From NCBI GenBank assembly GCA_004431415.1, contig QPMI01000005.1:992001-1056000 (forward strand): a stretch of 64,000 nt of DNA, written 5' to 3'. The position numbers were made by a program, and so were the translations under genes. Position 1 is the stretch's first letter. Each line of letters begins with the position of its first letter. The notes beneath the pieces were generated by a model. The model saw only the letters and a list, made by a program, of their open reading frames with translations. It had not been told where the DNA came from and did no database searches. The stretch comes from Cyanophora paradoxa CCMP329 (lineage: Eukaryota; Plantae; Glaucophyta). This document shows, in pieces, positions 46,325-60,439 of the stretch.

Positions 46325-48438
46325 TAGGGGCTCGGGGCGCACCTCTGTACCCCCTGAAGGGATCTGGCGCGCCCCGCCGTGAGGCCGTAGGCGAGGCGAG
46401 AGCGTCAGCGCGAGATCGAGCGGCCTGCGCTCGCCCTGCGACCCAGCGCAGCCTTCGCATCGGCCGATGGGGCGGCGCCCCCGGCGCGGGCCCAGGCGCA
46501 CCGGCGTGCTGTGCAGGGGAAGCCTCTTGCCGCTCGCCGCGCCGATACAGGGCCCGAGAGCTGCAGCGCAAATCGGGACGCATCAGCACGGCAAGGCTCC
46601 CGTCTCCGCCCCTCCCAGCCTCTCCTCTCTCGCCCCCTCCCCCTCCCCGCCCCTCCCCCCTACCCGCCCGCCGTCCCCTCTAGGGCTCGGGGCGCACCTC
46701 TGTACCCCCTGAAGGGATCTGGCGCGCCCCGCCGTGAGGCCGTAGGCGAGGCGAGAGCGTCGGCGCGAGATCGAGCGGCCTGCGCTCGCCCTGCGACCCA
46801 GCGCAGCCTTCGCATCGGCCGATGGGGCGGCGCCCCGGCGCGGGCCCAGGCGCACCGCCGTGCTGTGCAGGGGAAGCCTCTTGCCGCTCGCCGCGCCGAT
46901 ACAGGGCCCGAGAGCTGCAGCGCAAATCGGGACGCATCAGCACGGCAAGGCTCCCCTCTCCGCCCCCTCCCCCGCCTCTCCTCTCTCGCCCCCTCCCCTC
47001 CCCGCCCCTCCCCCCCCCCCCCACCCGCCCGCCGTCCCCTCTAGGGGCTCGGGGCGCACCTCTGTACCCCCTGAAGGGATCTGGCGCGCCCCGCCGTGAG
47101 GCCGTAGGCGAGGCGAGAGCGTCAGCGCGAGATCGAGCGGCCTGCGCTCGCCCTGCGACCCAGCGCAGCCTTCGCATCGGCCGATGGGGCGGCGCCCCCG
47201 GCGCGGGCCCAGGCGCACCGCCGTGCTGTGCAGGGGAAGCCTCTTGCCGCTCGCCGCGCCGATACAGGGCCCGAGAGCTGCAGCGCAAATCGGGACGCAT
47301 CAGCACGGCAAGGCTCCCGTCTCCGCCCCTCCCCGCCTCTCCTCTCTCGCCCCCTCCCCTCCCCGCCCCTCCCCCCCCCCCCCACCCCCCGCCGTCCCCC
47401 TCTAGGGGCTCGGGGCGCACCTCTGTACCCCCTGAAGGGATCTGGCGCGCCCCGCCGTGAGGCCGTAGGCGAGGCGAGAGCGTCAGCGCGAGATCGCGCG
47501 GCCTGCGCTCGCCCTGCGACCCAGCGCAGCCTTCGCATCGGCCGATGGGGCGGCGCCCCGGCGCGGGCCCAGGCGCACCGGCGTGCTGTGCAGGGGAAGC
47601 CTCTTGCCGCTCGCCGCGCCGATACAGGGCCCGAGAGCTGCAGCGCAAATCGGGACGCATCAGCACGGCAAGGCTCCCGTCTCCGCCCCCTCCCCAGCCT
47701 CTCCTCTCTCGCCCCCCTCCCCCTCCCCGCCCCCTCCCCCCCTACCCGCCCGCCGTCCCCCTCTAGGGGCTCGGGGCGCACCTCTGTACCCCCCTGAAGG
47801 GATCTGGCGCGCCCCGCCGTGAGGCCGTAGGCGAGGCGAGAGCGTCGGTGCGAGATCGAGCGGCCTGCGCTCGCCCTGCGACCCAGCGCAGCCTTCGCAT
47901 CGGCCGATGGGGCGGCACCCCCGGCGCGGGCCCAGGCGCACCGGCGTGCTGTGCAGGGGAAGCCTCTTGCCGCTCGCCGCGCCGATACAGGGCCCGAGAG
48001 CTGCATCGCAAATCGGGACGCATCAGCACGGCAAGGCTCCCGTCTCCGCCCCCTCCCCCGCCTCTCCTCTCTCGCCCCCCTCCCCCCTCCCCGCCCCCTC
48101 CCCCCCTACCCGCCCGCCGTCCCCCTCTAGGGGCTCGGGGCGCACCTCTGTACCCCCCTGAAGGGATCTGGCGCGCCCCGCCGTGAGGCCGTAGGCGAGG
48201 CGAGAGCGTCGGCGCGAGATCGCGCGGCCTGCGCTCGCCCTGCGACCCAGCGCAGTCTTCGCATCGGCCGATGGGGCGGCGCCCCCGGCGCGGGCCCAGG
48301 CGCACCGCCGTGCTGTGCAGGGGAAGCCTCTTGCCGCTCGCCGCGCCGATACAGGGCCCGAGAGCTGCATCGCAAATCGGGACGCATCAGCACGGCAAGG
48401 CTCCCGTCTCCGCCCCCTCCCCCGCCTCTCCTCTCTCG

Positions 48439-48474
<36 letters not shown>

Positions 48475-50976
48475 ACACCCGCCCGCCGTCCCCCTCTAGG
48501 GGCTCGGGGCGCACCTCTGTACCCCCTGAAGGGATCTGGCGCGCCCCGCCGTGAGGCCGTAGGCGAGGCGAGAGCGTCGGCGCGAGATCGCGCGGCCTGC
48601 GCTCGCCCTGCGACCCAGCGCAGTCTTCGCATCGGCCGATGGGGCGGCGCCCCGGCGCGGGCCCAGGCGCACCGCCGTGCTGTGCAGGGAAGCCTCTTGC
48701 CGCTCGCCGCGCCGATACAGGGCCCGAGAGCTGCAGCGCAAATCGGGACGCATCAGCACGGCAAGGCTCCCGTCTCCGCCCCTCCCCCGCCTCTCCTCTC
48801 TCGCCCCCTCCCCCTCCCCGCCCCCCCCCCCCCCCCCCACCCCCCCGCCGTCCCCTCTAGGGGCTCGGGGCGCACCTCTGTACCCCCTGAAGGGATCTGG
48901 CGCGCCCCGCCGTGAGGCCGTAGGCGAGGCGAGAGCGTCAGCGCGAGATCGAGCGGCCTGCGCTCGCCCTGCGACCCAGCGCAGCCTTCGCATCGGCCGA
49001 TGGGCGGCGCCCCCGGCGCGGGCCCAGGCGCACCGGCGTGCTGTGCAGGGGAAGCCTCTTGCCGCTCGCCGCGCCGATACAGGGCCCGAGAGCTGCAGCG
49101 CAAATCGGGACGCATCAGCACGGCAAGGCTCCCGTCTCCGCCCCTCCCCAGCCTCTCCTCTCTCGCCCCCTCCCCCTCCCCGCCCCTCCCCCCTACCCGC
49201 CCGCCGTCCCCCTCTAGGGGCTCGGGGCGCACCTCTGTACCCCCCTGAAGGGATCTGGCGCGCCCCGCCGTGAGGCCGTAGGCGAGGCGAGAGCGTCGGC
49301 GCGAGATCGAGCGGCCTGCGCTCGCCCTGCGACCCAGCGCAGCCTTCGCATCGGCCGATGGGGCGGCGCCCCCGGCGCGGGCCCAGGCGCACCGCCGTGC
49401 TGTGCAGGGGAAGCCTCTTGCCGCTCGCCGCGCCGATACAGGGCCCGAGAGCTGCAGCGCAAATCGGGACGCATCAGCACGGCAAGGCTCCCCTCTCCGC
49501 CCCCTCCCCGCCTCTCCTCTCTCGCCCCCCTCCCCCTCCCCCCCCCCCCCCCCCCCCCCACCCGCCCGCCGTCCCCCTCTAGGGGCTCGGGGCGCACCTC
49601 TGTACCCCCTGAAGGGATCTGGCGCGCCCGCCGTGAGGCCGTAGGCGAGGCGAGAGCGTCAGCGCGAGATCGAGCGGCCTGCGCTCGCCCTGCGACCCAG
49701 CGCAGCCTTCGCATCGGCCGATGGGGCGGCGCCCCCGGCGCGGGCCCAGGCGCACCGCCGTGCTGTGCAGGGAAGCCTCTTGCCGCTCGCCGCGCCGATA
49801 CAGGGCCCGAGAGCTGCAGCGCAAATCGGGACGCATCAGCACGGCAAGGCTCCCGTCTCCGCCCCCTCCCCGCCTCTCCTCTCTCGCCCCCTCCCCCTCC
49901 CCGCCCCCTCCCCCCCCCCCCCCCACCCCCCGCCGTCCCCTCTAGGGGCTCGGGGCGCACCTCTGTACCCCCCTGAAGGGATCTGGCGCGCCCCGCCGTG
50001 AGGCCGTAGGCGAGGCGAGAGCGTCAGCGCGAGATCGCGCGGCCTGCGCTCGCCCTGCGACCCAGCGCAGCCTTCGCATCGGCCGATGGGGCGGCGCCCC
50101 CGGCGCGGGCCCAGGCGCACCGGCGTGCTGTGCAGGGGAAGCCTCTTGCCGCTCGCCGCGCCGATACAGGGCCCGAGAGCTGCAGCGCAAATCGGGACGC
50201 ATCAGCACGGCAAGGCTCCCGTCTCCGCCCCTCCCCAGCCTCTCCTCTCTCGCCCCCTCCCCCTCCCCGCCCCTCCCCCCTACCCGCCCGCCGTCCCCCT
50301 CTAGGGGCTCGGGGCGCACCTCTGTACCCCCCTGAAGGGATCTGGCGCGCCCCGCCGTGAGGCCGTAGGCGAGGCGAGAGCGTCGGTGCGAGATCGAGCG
50401 GCCTGCGCTCGCCCTGCGACCCAGCGCAGCCTTCGCATCGGCCGATGGGGCGGCACCCCCGGCGCGGGCCCAGGCGCACCGGCGTGCTGTGCAGGGGAAG
50501 CCTCTTGCCGCTCGCCGCGCCGATACAGGGCCCGAGAGCTGCATCGCAAATCGGGACGCATCAGCACGGCAAGGCTCCCGTCTCCGCCCCCTCCCCCGCC
50601 TCTCCTCTCTCGCCCCCCTCCCCCCTCCCCGCCCCCTCCCCCCCTACCCGCCCGCCGTCCCCCTCTAGGGGCTCGGGGCGCACCTCTGTACCCCCCTGAA
50701 GGGATCTGGCGCGCCCCGCCGTGAGGCCGTAGGCGAGGCGAGAGCGTCGGCGCGAGATCGCGCGGCCTGCGCTCGCCCTGCGACCCAGCGCAGCCTTCGC
50801 ATCGGCCGATGGGGCGGCGCCCCCGGCGCGGGCCCAGGCGCACCGGCGTGCTGTGCAGGGGAAGCCTCTTGCCGCTCGCCGCGCCGATACAGGGCCCGAG
50901 AGCTGCAGCGCAAATCGGGACGCATCAGCACGGCAAGGCTCCCGTCTCCGCCCCCTCCCCCGCCTCTCCTCTCTCG

Positions 50977-51033
<57 letters not shown>

Positions 51034-52320
51034 TAGGGGCTCGGGGCGCACCTCTGTACCCCCTGAAGGGATCTGGCGCGCCCCGCCGTGAGGCCGTAGG
51101 CGAGGCGAGAGCGTCAGCGCGAGATCGAGCGGCCTGCGCTCGCCCTGCGACCCAGCGCAGCCTTCGCATCGGCCGATGGGGCGGCGCCCCCGGCGCGGGC
51201 CCAGGCGCACCGGCGTGCTGTGCAGGGGAAGCCTCTTGCCGCTCGCCGCGCCGATACAGGGCCCGAGAGCTGCAGCGCAAATCGGGACGCATCAGCACGG
51301 CAAGGCTCCCGTCTCCGCCCCCCCCCAGCCCCTCCTCTCTCGCCCCCCCCCCTCCCCGCCCCCTCCCCCCCTACCCGCCCGCCGTCCCCCTCTAGGGGCT
51401 CGGGGCGCACCTCTGTACCCCCCTGAAGGGATCTGGCGCGCCCCGCCGTGAGGCCGTAGGCGAGGCGAGAGCGTCGGTGCGAGATCGAGCGGCCTGCGCT
51501 CGCCCTGCGACCCAGCGCAGCCTTCGCATCGGCCGATGGGGCGGCGCCCCCGGCGCGGGCCCAGGCGCACCGGCGTGCTGTGCAGGGGAAGCCTCTTGCC
51601 GCTCGCCGCGCCGATACAGGGCCCGAGAGCTGCATCGCAAATCGGGACGCATCAGCACGGCAAGGCTCCCGTCTCCGCCCCCTCCCCCGCCTCTCCTCTC
51701 TCGCCCCCCTCCCCCCTCCCCGCCCCCTCCCCCCCTACCCGCCCGCCGTCCCCCTCTAGGGGCTCGGGGCGCACCTCTGTACCCCCCTGAAGGGATCTGG
51801 CGCGCCCCGCCGTGAGGCCGTAGGCGAGGCGAGAGCGTCGGCGCGAGATCGCGCGGCCTGCGCTCGCCCTGCGACCCAGCGCAGCCTTCGCATCGGCCGA
51901 TGGGGCGGCGCCCCCGGCGCGGGCCCAGGCGCACCGGCGTGCTGTGCAGGGGAGGCCTCTTGCCACTCGCCACGCCGATACAAGGCCCGAGAGCTGCAGC
52001 GCAAATCGGGACGCATCAGCACGGCAAGGCTCCCGTCTCCGCCCCCTCCCCCGCCTCTCCTCTCTCGCCCCCCCCCCCCCCCCGCCCCTCCCCCCCCCCC
52101 CCACCCCCCCGCCGCCCCCCTCTAGGGGCTCGGGGCGCACCTCTGTACCCCCCTGAAGGGATCTGGCGCGCCCCGCCGTGAGGCCGTAGGCGAGGCGAGA
52201 GCGTTGGCGCGAGATCGAGCGGCCTGCGCTTGCCCTGCGACCCAGCGCGGCCTGCGCATCGGCCGATGGAGCGGCGCCCTCGGCGCGGGCTTAATGGCAC
52301 CGGCGTGCTGTGCAGGTGAA
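45254..52320 (-). repeat. Same ~362-bp satellite in inverted orientation, ~20 units
   Basis: Marker CCTGAAGGGATC occurs 20 times from ~45265 to ~52152 at ~355-367-bp spacing. Confidence 0.97.
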
Positions 52321-53236
52321 GCTAGGCCTCGTGCAGCCGTCGCAGCACGATTCGATCTGCAGCATGTAGGAGGCCGTCAGCGGCGCTCGGCGCAGGCGGC
52401 GGCGAGGGCTGGGAAGACCCCCGAACGAGATTTAGCATGCTGTTAGAAGGTCGCGCTGGCCCAGTCAGTCCACGTGCGCGTATCCGTGAGCCAGGAGCAC
52501 GAATGGACCTGCTTTGGACGTCAGCGGCGCGCGGCACACGGAGCTGCGAGGGCGGCGCAGGACGACGCTCCGCAGAGAACGTACATTGCATATGTCGAGT
52601 GCGCGTGCTCCAGACCCAGGCTGTAGCGGTGAATGAGGAGGCCCGGCTGTCAACAAACGCACAGATTGTGCGCAGGGCAAGGGGGAGCGCGCCATGGAGA
52701 ACGGAGCTCGCCACGCAAAGAGCTCTCTGCGGAGAGTGCGTTGGCAAGCGGCTGAGGTCATGAGCGACCGGGGCGCACGTAGCGGTGATCGCTGGCTCGT
52801 GCGCGGCTTCTGGGCCGGGAAAACGGCAAGGCGCGGCCGCTCCGGACGCGCAACTACGCATCTATAGCGTACATGAAGTTCGGGGATCGTGCGCACGGCC
52901 CCGTGCCTGTCGTCTGCGTGCCAAACGCCGTGACAAGGCGAGCCGACCGCGGGGCGAAAAGGACGGAGGGCTTCGTCGAGACTGGAACTGGAGAGCATGC
53001 GCGCCGATTCAAAGCGAGTGCTGCTAGCGCCGAGCCCACGCGCGCCCTTGGAGCCGAGCTCCAGGCACAGGTTTCGAATCGCGGCACCCCCGGTGCTCTC
53101 TTCCCCCCCCTCTCGCTTGAAGAACAAGAAAGCGATTCATTTCTCCCAGGTCGATCTTCCTGGCATGCTCCCCGGTACGGGTGGTAGCGCCAAGCCGGCC
53201 AGCCGGCACCGGCCCGGCCCGGGCTTCTGGGGCCCG
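52320..53236 (-). repeat. Right non-tandem arm of the giant inverted repeat
   Basis: Reverse complement of 37528-38460 with scattered substitutions and 1-bp indels. Confidence 0.95.
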
Positions 53237-53921
53237 GCTTGACTTGCGGCCAGGCTTGGCCGGCCAGACCGGACCGGCCGGGCCGCGGCCGCGGCTGTGG
53301 GCCCGGGCCGGGCCCGGCCGGGCCCGGGCCCCGGGGCCGGGCCCGGGGGCCGGCCCGGCCGGGGCCGGGCCCGGGGCCCGGGGCCGGGGCGCCGCCGGCG
53401 CGCCGCGCCGGCCGGGCGCCCGGCCTGCGCTGCTGCGCATGCGCATGCCTGCATGGGCCCGGGGCGCCGCGCGGGCGGGCCGGCGCCGGGACGTGGCCAT
53501 GGACGAAGCACCGAACCGGTTTTTGACGGTCGGCGGTTTCCCGACTCCAGCCTTAATTTCTAATTCTAAATTATCGCCCGGTACCTACGTTCGCACTGCT
53601 TCTGCTTGAAGGCTCTTTCCTTCCCAGAACCGATGTACCCCAAATCCCACGCAACTGCACGCAGACGGCTGAGTTCACGAATACCCGCGTTTTAACAATT
53701 TGAGTGCGCACGCGGCAGCTCAAATTTAAACTTGCCGGCGCCAAGTTGGCAAAACCAAAAAACAAGTCTTTTTTGCGTTGTTTTTTCTTTTTTGAGATGA
53801 TGCAGTCGGCAGCTCCGAATGGCTAAACCGGCAAGTTCGTTCGACCACTCATCAGAGTCATCACTGAGTCATCAGTCATCATGCACTGAGTCATCAGTGA
53901 CTCCGCGGCAAGCTAGCTTTA

Positions 53922-54195
53922 CCGTAGAACACTTACTAGTAAGTAATGCGCGCACTTAATTAATGCGCCCCCTAATTAATGCGTTTTCCGCTGGCAAAAC
54001 GCATTAATTCGGGGCGCATTAATATCGAAACGCTAGGAAAACTGCGGTATGTACCCCCCTAATGCAGGCAGAAAGCTTCAAAACGCATTATAAAATTAAT
54101 TTGTTTCCGCATTAATTTGCATACAAGAGCTAGGTCCGGCCCGTCCGGGTCCAAAAACGCATTAATATCGGGCGCATGAATTAAGTGTTTTGCGG
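53922..54195. mobile_element. 274-bp TA-flanked MITE (Tc1/pogo-like)
   Basis: TA|CCGTAGAACACTTA ... TAAGTGTTTTGCGG|TA (12/14 TIR match). Internal ATTAATGCG/CGCATTAAT subrepeats. Confidence 0.8.
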
Positions 54196-54490
54196 TAAGT
54201 CGACGCCGTGACGAGTCACTGACGACTCTCTCTGAGTCTCTCAGTGACGAGTCACACATGCACAGACTCTGAGACTCAGTGACTCACACTCGGAGTGAGT
54301 GACGTCACTGAGTCTCTGACGTCGACGTGTCACTAGTACTGAGTCTACTACTGACGACTCGACGTCGCGAGTTGCGGACCAATTGCAACTTGCGGCCCAA
54401 CTTGCGGCCGCGGGCCAATTACTGTAAACGTACGAATTTCCGCCCGGCGGCCAGCCTTTAATTTCGAGTCAGGAATTTTCGACTACCGGT

Positions 54491-54668
54491 AGAGTTGATT
54501 ACTCCAGCAACGCGTGAGAGTAATCTGTTTTCTTTGAGCGAGGGACGGCAGAGCGCGAACGGCCAACCTCGAACCTCGCCCTTCGGCCCGCCGTACCCCC
54601 CGGGGGCTCGCCCCGGGCCCCTCGCAGTTGCCGCTACCCCGCGGGAGCGACAGCTTCGTCTTAGCCGG
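54491..54668. repeat. Right part of the 510-bp dispersed repeat
   Basis: AGAGTTGATTACTCCAGC...CTTAGCCGG matches 60772-60949. Confidence 0.92.
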
Positions 54669-57600
54669 GCATTGCCAGCATCAGCAGTGCACCGAACGAT
54701 ACTAGATCACTGACTCGACCGTTCGCAGGTCGTCGAAGCGCGCCGACTCGCCGCCAACGCGGACGCAGGTCGCGCCTCGATCGGCAACACGCGACCTGCC
54801 TCCTCCTGGCACGAGCGGCACCCTTACTAATCATCCTCGCGCATGGCCTCATCAGGCCGCGAGCACCCGAGATCATCATCGTCACGCCTCATCAACCGCC
54901 GGCGCCTCACGACGGCGGCCGAAGATCATCGTTGTTCGACGAAGATCCAGATCATCGATAACGACGCAGATCATCCACGGTCGCACGCGACCGCCGCACG
55001 CGGCACCCCCAGCATCCAGCTCGCCGCAGGCACACGCGCACGCGCACACGCGCACACGAGCGACTCACGTTCGCCTACTTTACGACAGATTCATCGATTC
55101 GGCAGGCCGAACTGCCGCTACCGCGGCTGGAGGCTCGAAGCGATTCCTCTTGATCGAAGTTCAGCGCTACGGCGGCACACCATCAAGATTTTCGATCCCT
55201 TTCGATCGAATCGACCACGGTCGTTCACATTCCAGGACTGGAGGCCCCGGGCCCGTTCAGCGCCGCCTCGGGTCCGCTCAACGTACTACGGTACCACGCG
55301 CGTCCGGCCGTGTCCGCATGCACACGCCCGACCATATGCATGGCCACGAGCGCGACAAGCGACTCCGTGGCGCACGACCTATGGCGCACGGCGTACTGAT
55401 TCCACCCACGCCTCAGAGTCCGCCAGACTTTGAAGTTCGCCTGAGTTCCTTCTGGATCCGGCCCGGACCGGCCGGTGCTCAGGACCTCCAACGACCACGT
55501 GATTCAGGCGCCGCCCGGGGCCCCGCGCCGCGTCCCGGCCTTTATTATCATCCGCTACTGGCCGCTAGCGCTGGGCCTCCGTAGCTCTTGTAGCGCCGGC
55601 GACGGCGCCCGGCGCTCGCGTTCTCTTCTCCGATCGAATTTCCTTATCATCAGTTTCTCTTTTCGGAGCGCTCCCTCAAGCCCTCTCTAGCCCCTTCGAG
55701 CTCTTTCTTTCTCTCTCGGCGCCAACAGCGCACGTGGACCGGCCAGTCTTCTTTTTCTTTTCTTCGCTTCCACCTCCGGTGGTCGGCGTCATGCGTTTCC
55801 ATGTTGTTAGTGCCCGGTCTTGGACCGCATTGCAATTGCAAGCAGAAGTCATGACGCACGCGCGGCGGCCAACACAGACTAGCATGGATTCTATATTTTC
55901 AGATCCGGAAGCTGAAGCTTAAGGGCACACTTGGCCAAGGGATAACATGCTTTCTTACGTCAACGATCTTCCCAGTCTACAGCTAGCGCTGCACGCGGCC
56001 CCGGGCCCGGCCAGGCCTAGGCGACCCCCCGGCGCGCGCGCACGGCATACGCGATATCATAGTATGCATGACATATATTGCAATTGACTCCGAACTTCGG
56101 AAGTTTATCTCGACTTGCCGCAGTGCCGCGGCGGCCTGCCAGCGCCGGCCGCGCGCGGGCCGCCGGCGCGGCGCCGGCCCCGCCCTACTAGGCTATATAT
56201 ATAGCTATATAGCTAGGCCTACGTTCACGGCCGCGGTATACGTATCGAACCGGTCGCATCAAGCCGCTTAATATCTTCAAGCCGCTGATCATAATCATGA
56301 TCATGATCATCTGCATCATGGCATCCACGTTAACGTTAACATTGACATCACTGCAGCTGCAGCTGCGCATGCAGATTCCAATGTACTTGCAATTGCTAGC
56401 GCTAGCCCTGCAGCTGCTCGTACGCGTGTATGATCCAGATCATCGGATCCGCACGCGAGCTTGCAATTGCCATGTTGAGCTTTAATTGTCGACGTCGAGC
56501 TAGCTCCGAATTTTCGAGTTGCGAATTAAATTTGTTGCGAGTCGCAACCGGCAACATGTACAACTTAGCAACGACTAGCGCGCATTTGGCTTCCGCGCGC
56601 GCACTCGCGGCCGGCCGCGGGGCCCGGCGGCTCGAGCCTCGGAGCTCGCGACCCTCAGGGCCTCGGCGACGTCGCGCGCGCCTTCAACGCCAAATTATCA
56701 TATATAGTATATGATATATACAATCACACCTGGTGACTTGCAATTCAAGTCAAATGATTGCCCTAGGCCTCACTTTGCGGAGCTCGAGCGGCCGGTGGCC
56801 GAGGCTCTACGTATACGTCTACTATAGTAGCCGGCGCCAGCGCCCCGCTCGCGATCTGCACTAGCTAGAACGCGAGCCCGCGCGGGCGCCCGCACCGATG
56901 CAATCTGTTTGACAGCCTGTGACATGTACAGGACCGGTACCGGCCTTGTTTTTTCGACGGGAGCTCGAGCCAGCGGTCCGACGGTCTTTCCTAATTATAA
57001 GTGCCGACCGGCATCGATATCGATTCATCTTCATTTTCGGCAATTAATTTTTTTTCTCTCTCGACCGGAACCGGTGCCGCGCCCGGGCGGCCCCCCGGGC
57101 CGGCTAGCGCTGGCAAATTCGGAACCGGCACCGGCCGTCGAATTCGACACGTGACACGTGCACCCGGCCGCGGGGCCCTCATCACGCTTGCGCGCTCGAA
57201 CCTGAATTACGTATACATGTTCATGCTCGCCCACCTCGGCCTGCGGCTTCAGATGTAGATATGTACTCACCACCTCGCCTCAAGCGGCCCTGCGCATGCG
57301 CAATAGTGCCGCAGTATTATGGCTAGAGCACGTTTTTAAGGCGCGCGTGAGCGCCGCGCCTTCCAGACCGGCCATGGCCAGCTGCCGCAGTGCATGCGCA
57401 GTTTCGCCAGCACGCACAATTTGCAAAAAAGGGATGACGAAAGGGATGACGCCCGCCGAACCCCGGCATCCGCCCCTTATATAATTATCTGCTTCATTAT
57501 AAGACCCACGGCCGCCGGCCGCGGCCGCGCGGCCCTCCGCCGCCTCGCGCTCCCTCGATCGCTACCGTGAGATTTACGTATACGGGCCTCACCAATTGCA

Positions 57601-60439
57601 AGTCAAACTCCGGCGCCGGGCCCCGGGCGCAGTGCGACGCGGGGGCCGAACTCAGCGCTCGGAACGATCGCGAGCTTATAATTTGAGCGCGACTCGCATT
57701 TACTTGGCGATCAACTGATCTTGCTACGTATACGGCGTCTCTAATATTAATTGCGTACTACGGTATATACGTCGGAGCTGCGGCCTGCCCTGGGCATGCC
57801 CACCTTTTACGCAGCTTGGGCACATCATGGCATGGTCATGCGCGCCTTCACGATATATTGGCTCACCCTACTCGGCGAGGCCCTGCCAGCCTGGCCATGG
57901 GGGACGTGGACACGTCTCCAAACAATCTTTCAAAAAAAAAAAAAAACCTTCATCGGCCGGGCCTGGAAAATTGCAATTGCGGCTGCGCACCCGAGCTCGA
58001 AGCAGGCAATCCGAGGCACTGCGGCATATGATCGACGTACTGCGCATATGCATATGCATGCGCATGCCGCAGGACCCCCTTCGAATCTCAGATCCGGCCG
58101 GCAGCGCGCGCCGGCCCCTCGCGAATCGAACTCGCGGCCGGACCACGGCTCGGCGGGCCCTCAGCTGGGATTTAATTTGGCGCCCGCTTAATTATATATA
58201 TTACAACTTCGAATTCGAACTTCTTCACCATGCCAAACTAGCATGGCATATGCATTGGCCATGCATATGGCCAGGCATATAGGCTGCAGCGCATCGACAT
58301 ATACATTTATTTCTTAAGCTAAGCTCGGATTTGAGCGCTAAGCTCGGATTTGAGCGCTGCACATCATGATCATGATCATCGGATCATGCAGCCTGCAGCT
58401 GGCAGATACATACACACGGCATATATGCATGTGCATCGCGCTGTGACGTCAACGCCTTCGATTCGTTGGCACGACGCTCATTATTTGAACTCGCCCCTCG
58501 CGATCGTGATCGCTGAGTCACACAGCCGCTGAGCCGGCGCCCCGGCCGCGGCCACCGCCGCGCGGCCGTCGCGCCATTAGCCTTGGCCATGCATATGGTC
58601 CCTGTAACTATACAGCCAGGCCCCCGAAGCCAGCGGCTTCCATTAATATCCGGCGCCCGACTGCCCTATAGCTATAGGCCTTCCACGTGCACAGCTTTGC
58701 AATCGATCTCCACCTCTTGCGCTTTCGAATCCCGCCTCTGGCGTTGAGCGCCGGCTCCCCGCCAGGCCGAGCACCAGAAATCATCAATTCGAATGATCAT
58801 GGGGACAGATGTGCACATGAATGCCGGCGCTAGCTGATCCGATGATCCGACTGTCCTCTTTTTATATATGCTGCCCGACACGCGCACGGATCCGGAGCCT
58901 TATATGACCCCGGCCCACGCGATCATCGGATATCAATCGCCTCGTATCCGGCAGTCACGTCGACGTCGTCGAGGCTGCGAGGCGGTACCTCATGATCAAT
59001 CTTACTTGAAGGAACCGGCCTTCGAATTCTCGCCCTCTTGCACACCTACCAAGTCATACATACTAGTACGCTTGAGAGCGAGTCGGCATGACTATCGACT
59101 ATATATCCGCTATCTTCCGAGTTCCGACGGCGCGGGCGGATATCGCGATCGATCCCTTCACGATCGTCAACTATCATCCGACGGGCGGCGCCGGCCGCGG
59201 CCATGCCACCGGCGCCGCGCGCAGCCGGAATTCTAAATCCTTATTCGCTCGCGCGATCATCGAGCATGCGCACGCCTTCACGGCTTTTCGATCGACCGTC
59301 CGCTCCTCGCATGCGCATGCGCACCCCGGCGGGCGCCGGCCGATCGATATCACGATTGCGAGCCTTGAGAACTCATGATCAGGGCCTCGACGTCTCGCCC
59401 CTGATTATGACGTTTTCGTGTGTGTATATGTGCTCAGCGTCTCAGCCGCGGCTCAGCGTCTGGCAAATTAATATTAACCCGGCGTCGAGCTCACGGCCCC
59501 TAGGCCTCTTCAAGGCTTTGCAAAATTGGCATACGTAACGTAACCGCTTGCGCGTGGCTGGAACGCCACTAGCTGCGAATGCTCCGGCCCAGCGGCCTTC
59601 GCTGCGCGCGAGCGGCGCGGCCGCCAACCGCCCCAATTCGCAACCGAGAGCGCAGCGTCTGAACTTCGAATTCAGAAGGCAGCTGCAGCCGTCACGCACC
59701 TCTGCAGCAGAATTTCGAATTCGAAGGCACCGTCCGGGGCGGCGGCACCAGTGCTCAGCGGCTACCGTTCGCGCTGCATCTATGTATATTTTCATCTACG
59801 CCCGGCCCCAACGTTCTGCGATCGCGAGGGCGTAAACGTATTATTTTGTGGAGCGGGCCCACCGTGGCACGTGCACCTCACGCTCGCGATCGATATCGGG
59901 CTCGCGACTCGGCGATCGCCTATCGCGAAGGCTCGTGCTCCTCATGATTATTAGCTTCCCCGAGATCAGCTGCCGCAGTGCAGAAGTACTGCGGCATGGC
60001 CGGCTCGCAATCGGGGCCGGGTCCTCCCTTAAGCTTGACACGCCGCGACACGTGCATGGCGCTCTCCACCTCGTCCTGGTGCACGCGGCGCAGCCCCGAG
60101 TCCGAGGCTCGATCGCCAGCTTGGAATTCCCGAGTCCGCCTCTTCTCCGTCACGACTGTGCATGCGTGATCCACGTACTACGGTAGCCTAGTAGCCCGAC
60201 GGCTTGTCGTCCGACGGTCGCCCAGGGGCTCACCGTTAATGTTCACTCTGCGTACGTGGGCCCTTGAGGGCCCTCCTCTCGTCGCACTGGCAACTCTTCG
60301 CCGGGGGATCTAAGCTCGAGCTCGCGATCGGCTCTGGCTCGGATCCGCAGTGTCGGATCCCGCGGCCGGCACCCTTCGCGTTCCCTGTGCATATCGAGTC
60401 GACGAGCTGCTGCTGATGCTGGCCCGAACCCCTGCCTGG

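Noticed and set aside
38460-52320. Numerous 60-420-aa ORFs in the satellite arrays
   Set aside because: These are by-products of stop-poor GC-rich repeats. Frames shift with homopolymer length and show no domain motifs.
54670-55980. Possible gag-like or small gene fragments
   Set aside because: No diagnostic motif in any frame; cannot be supported without a database search.
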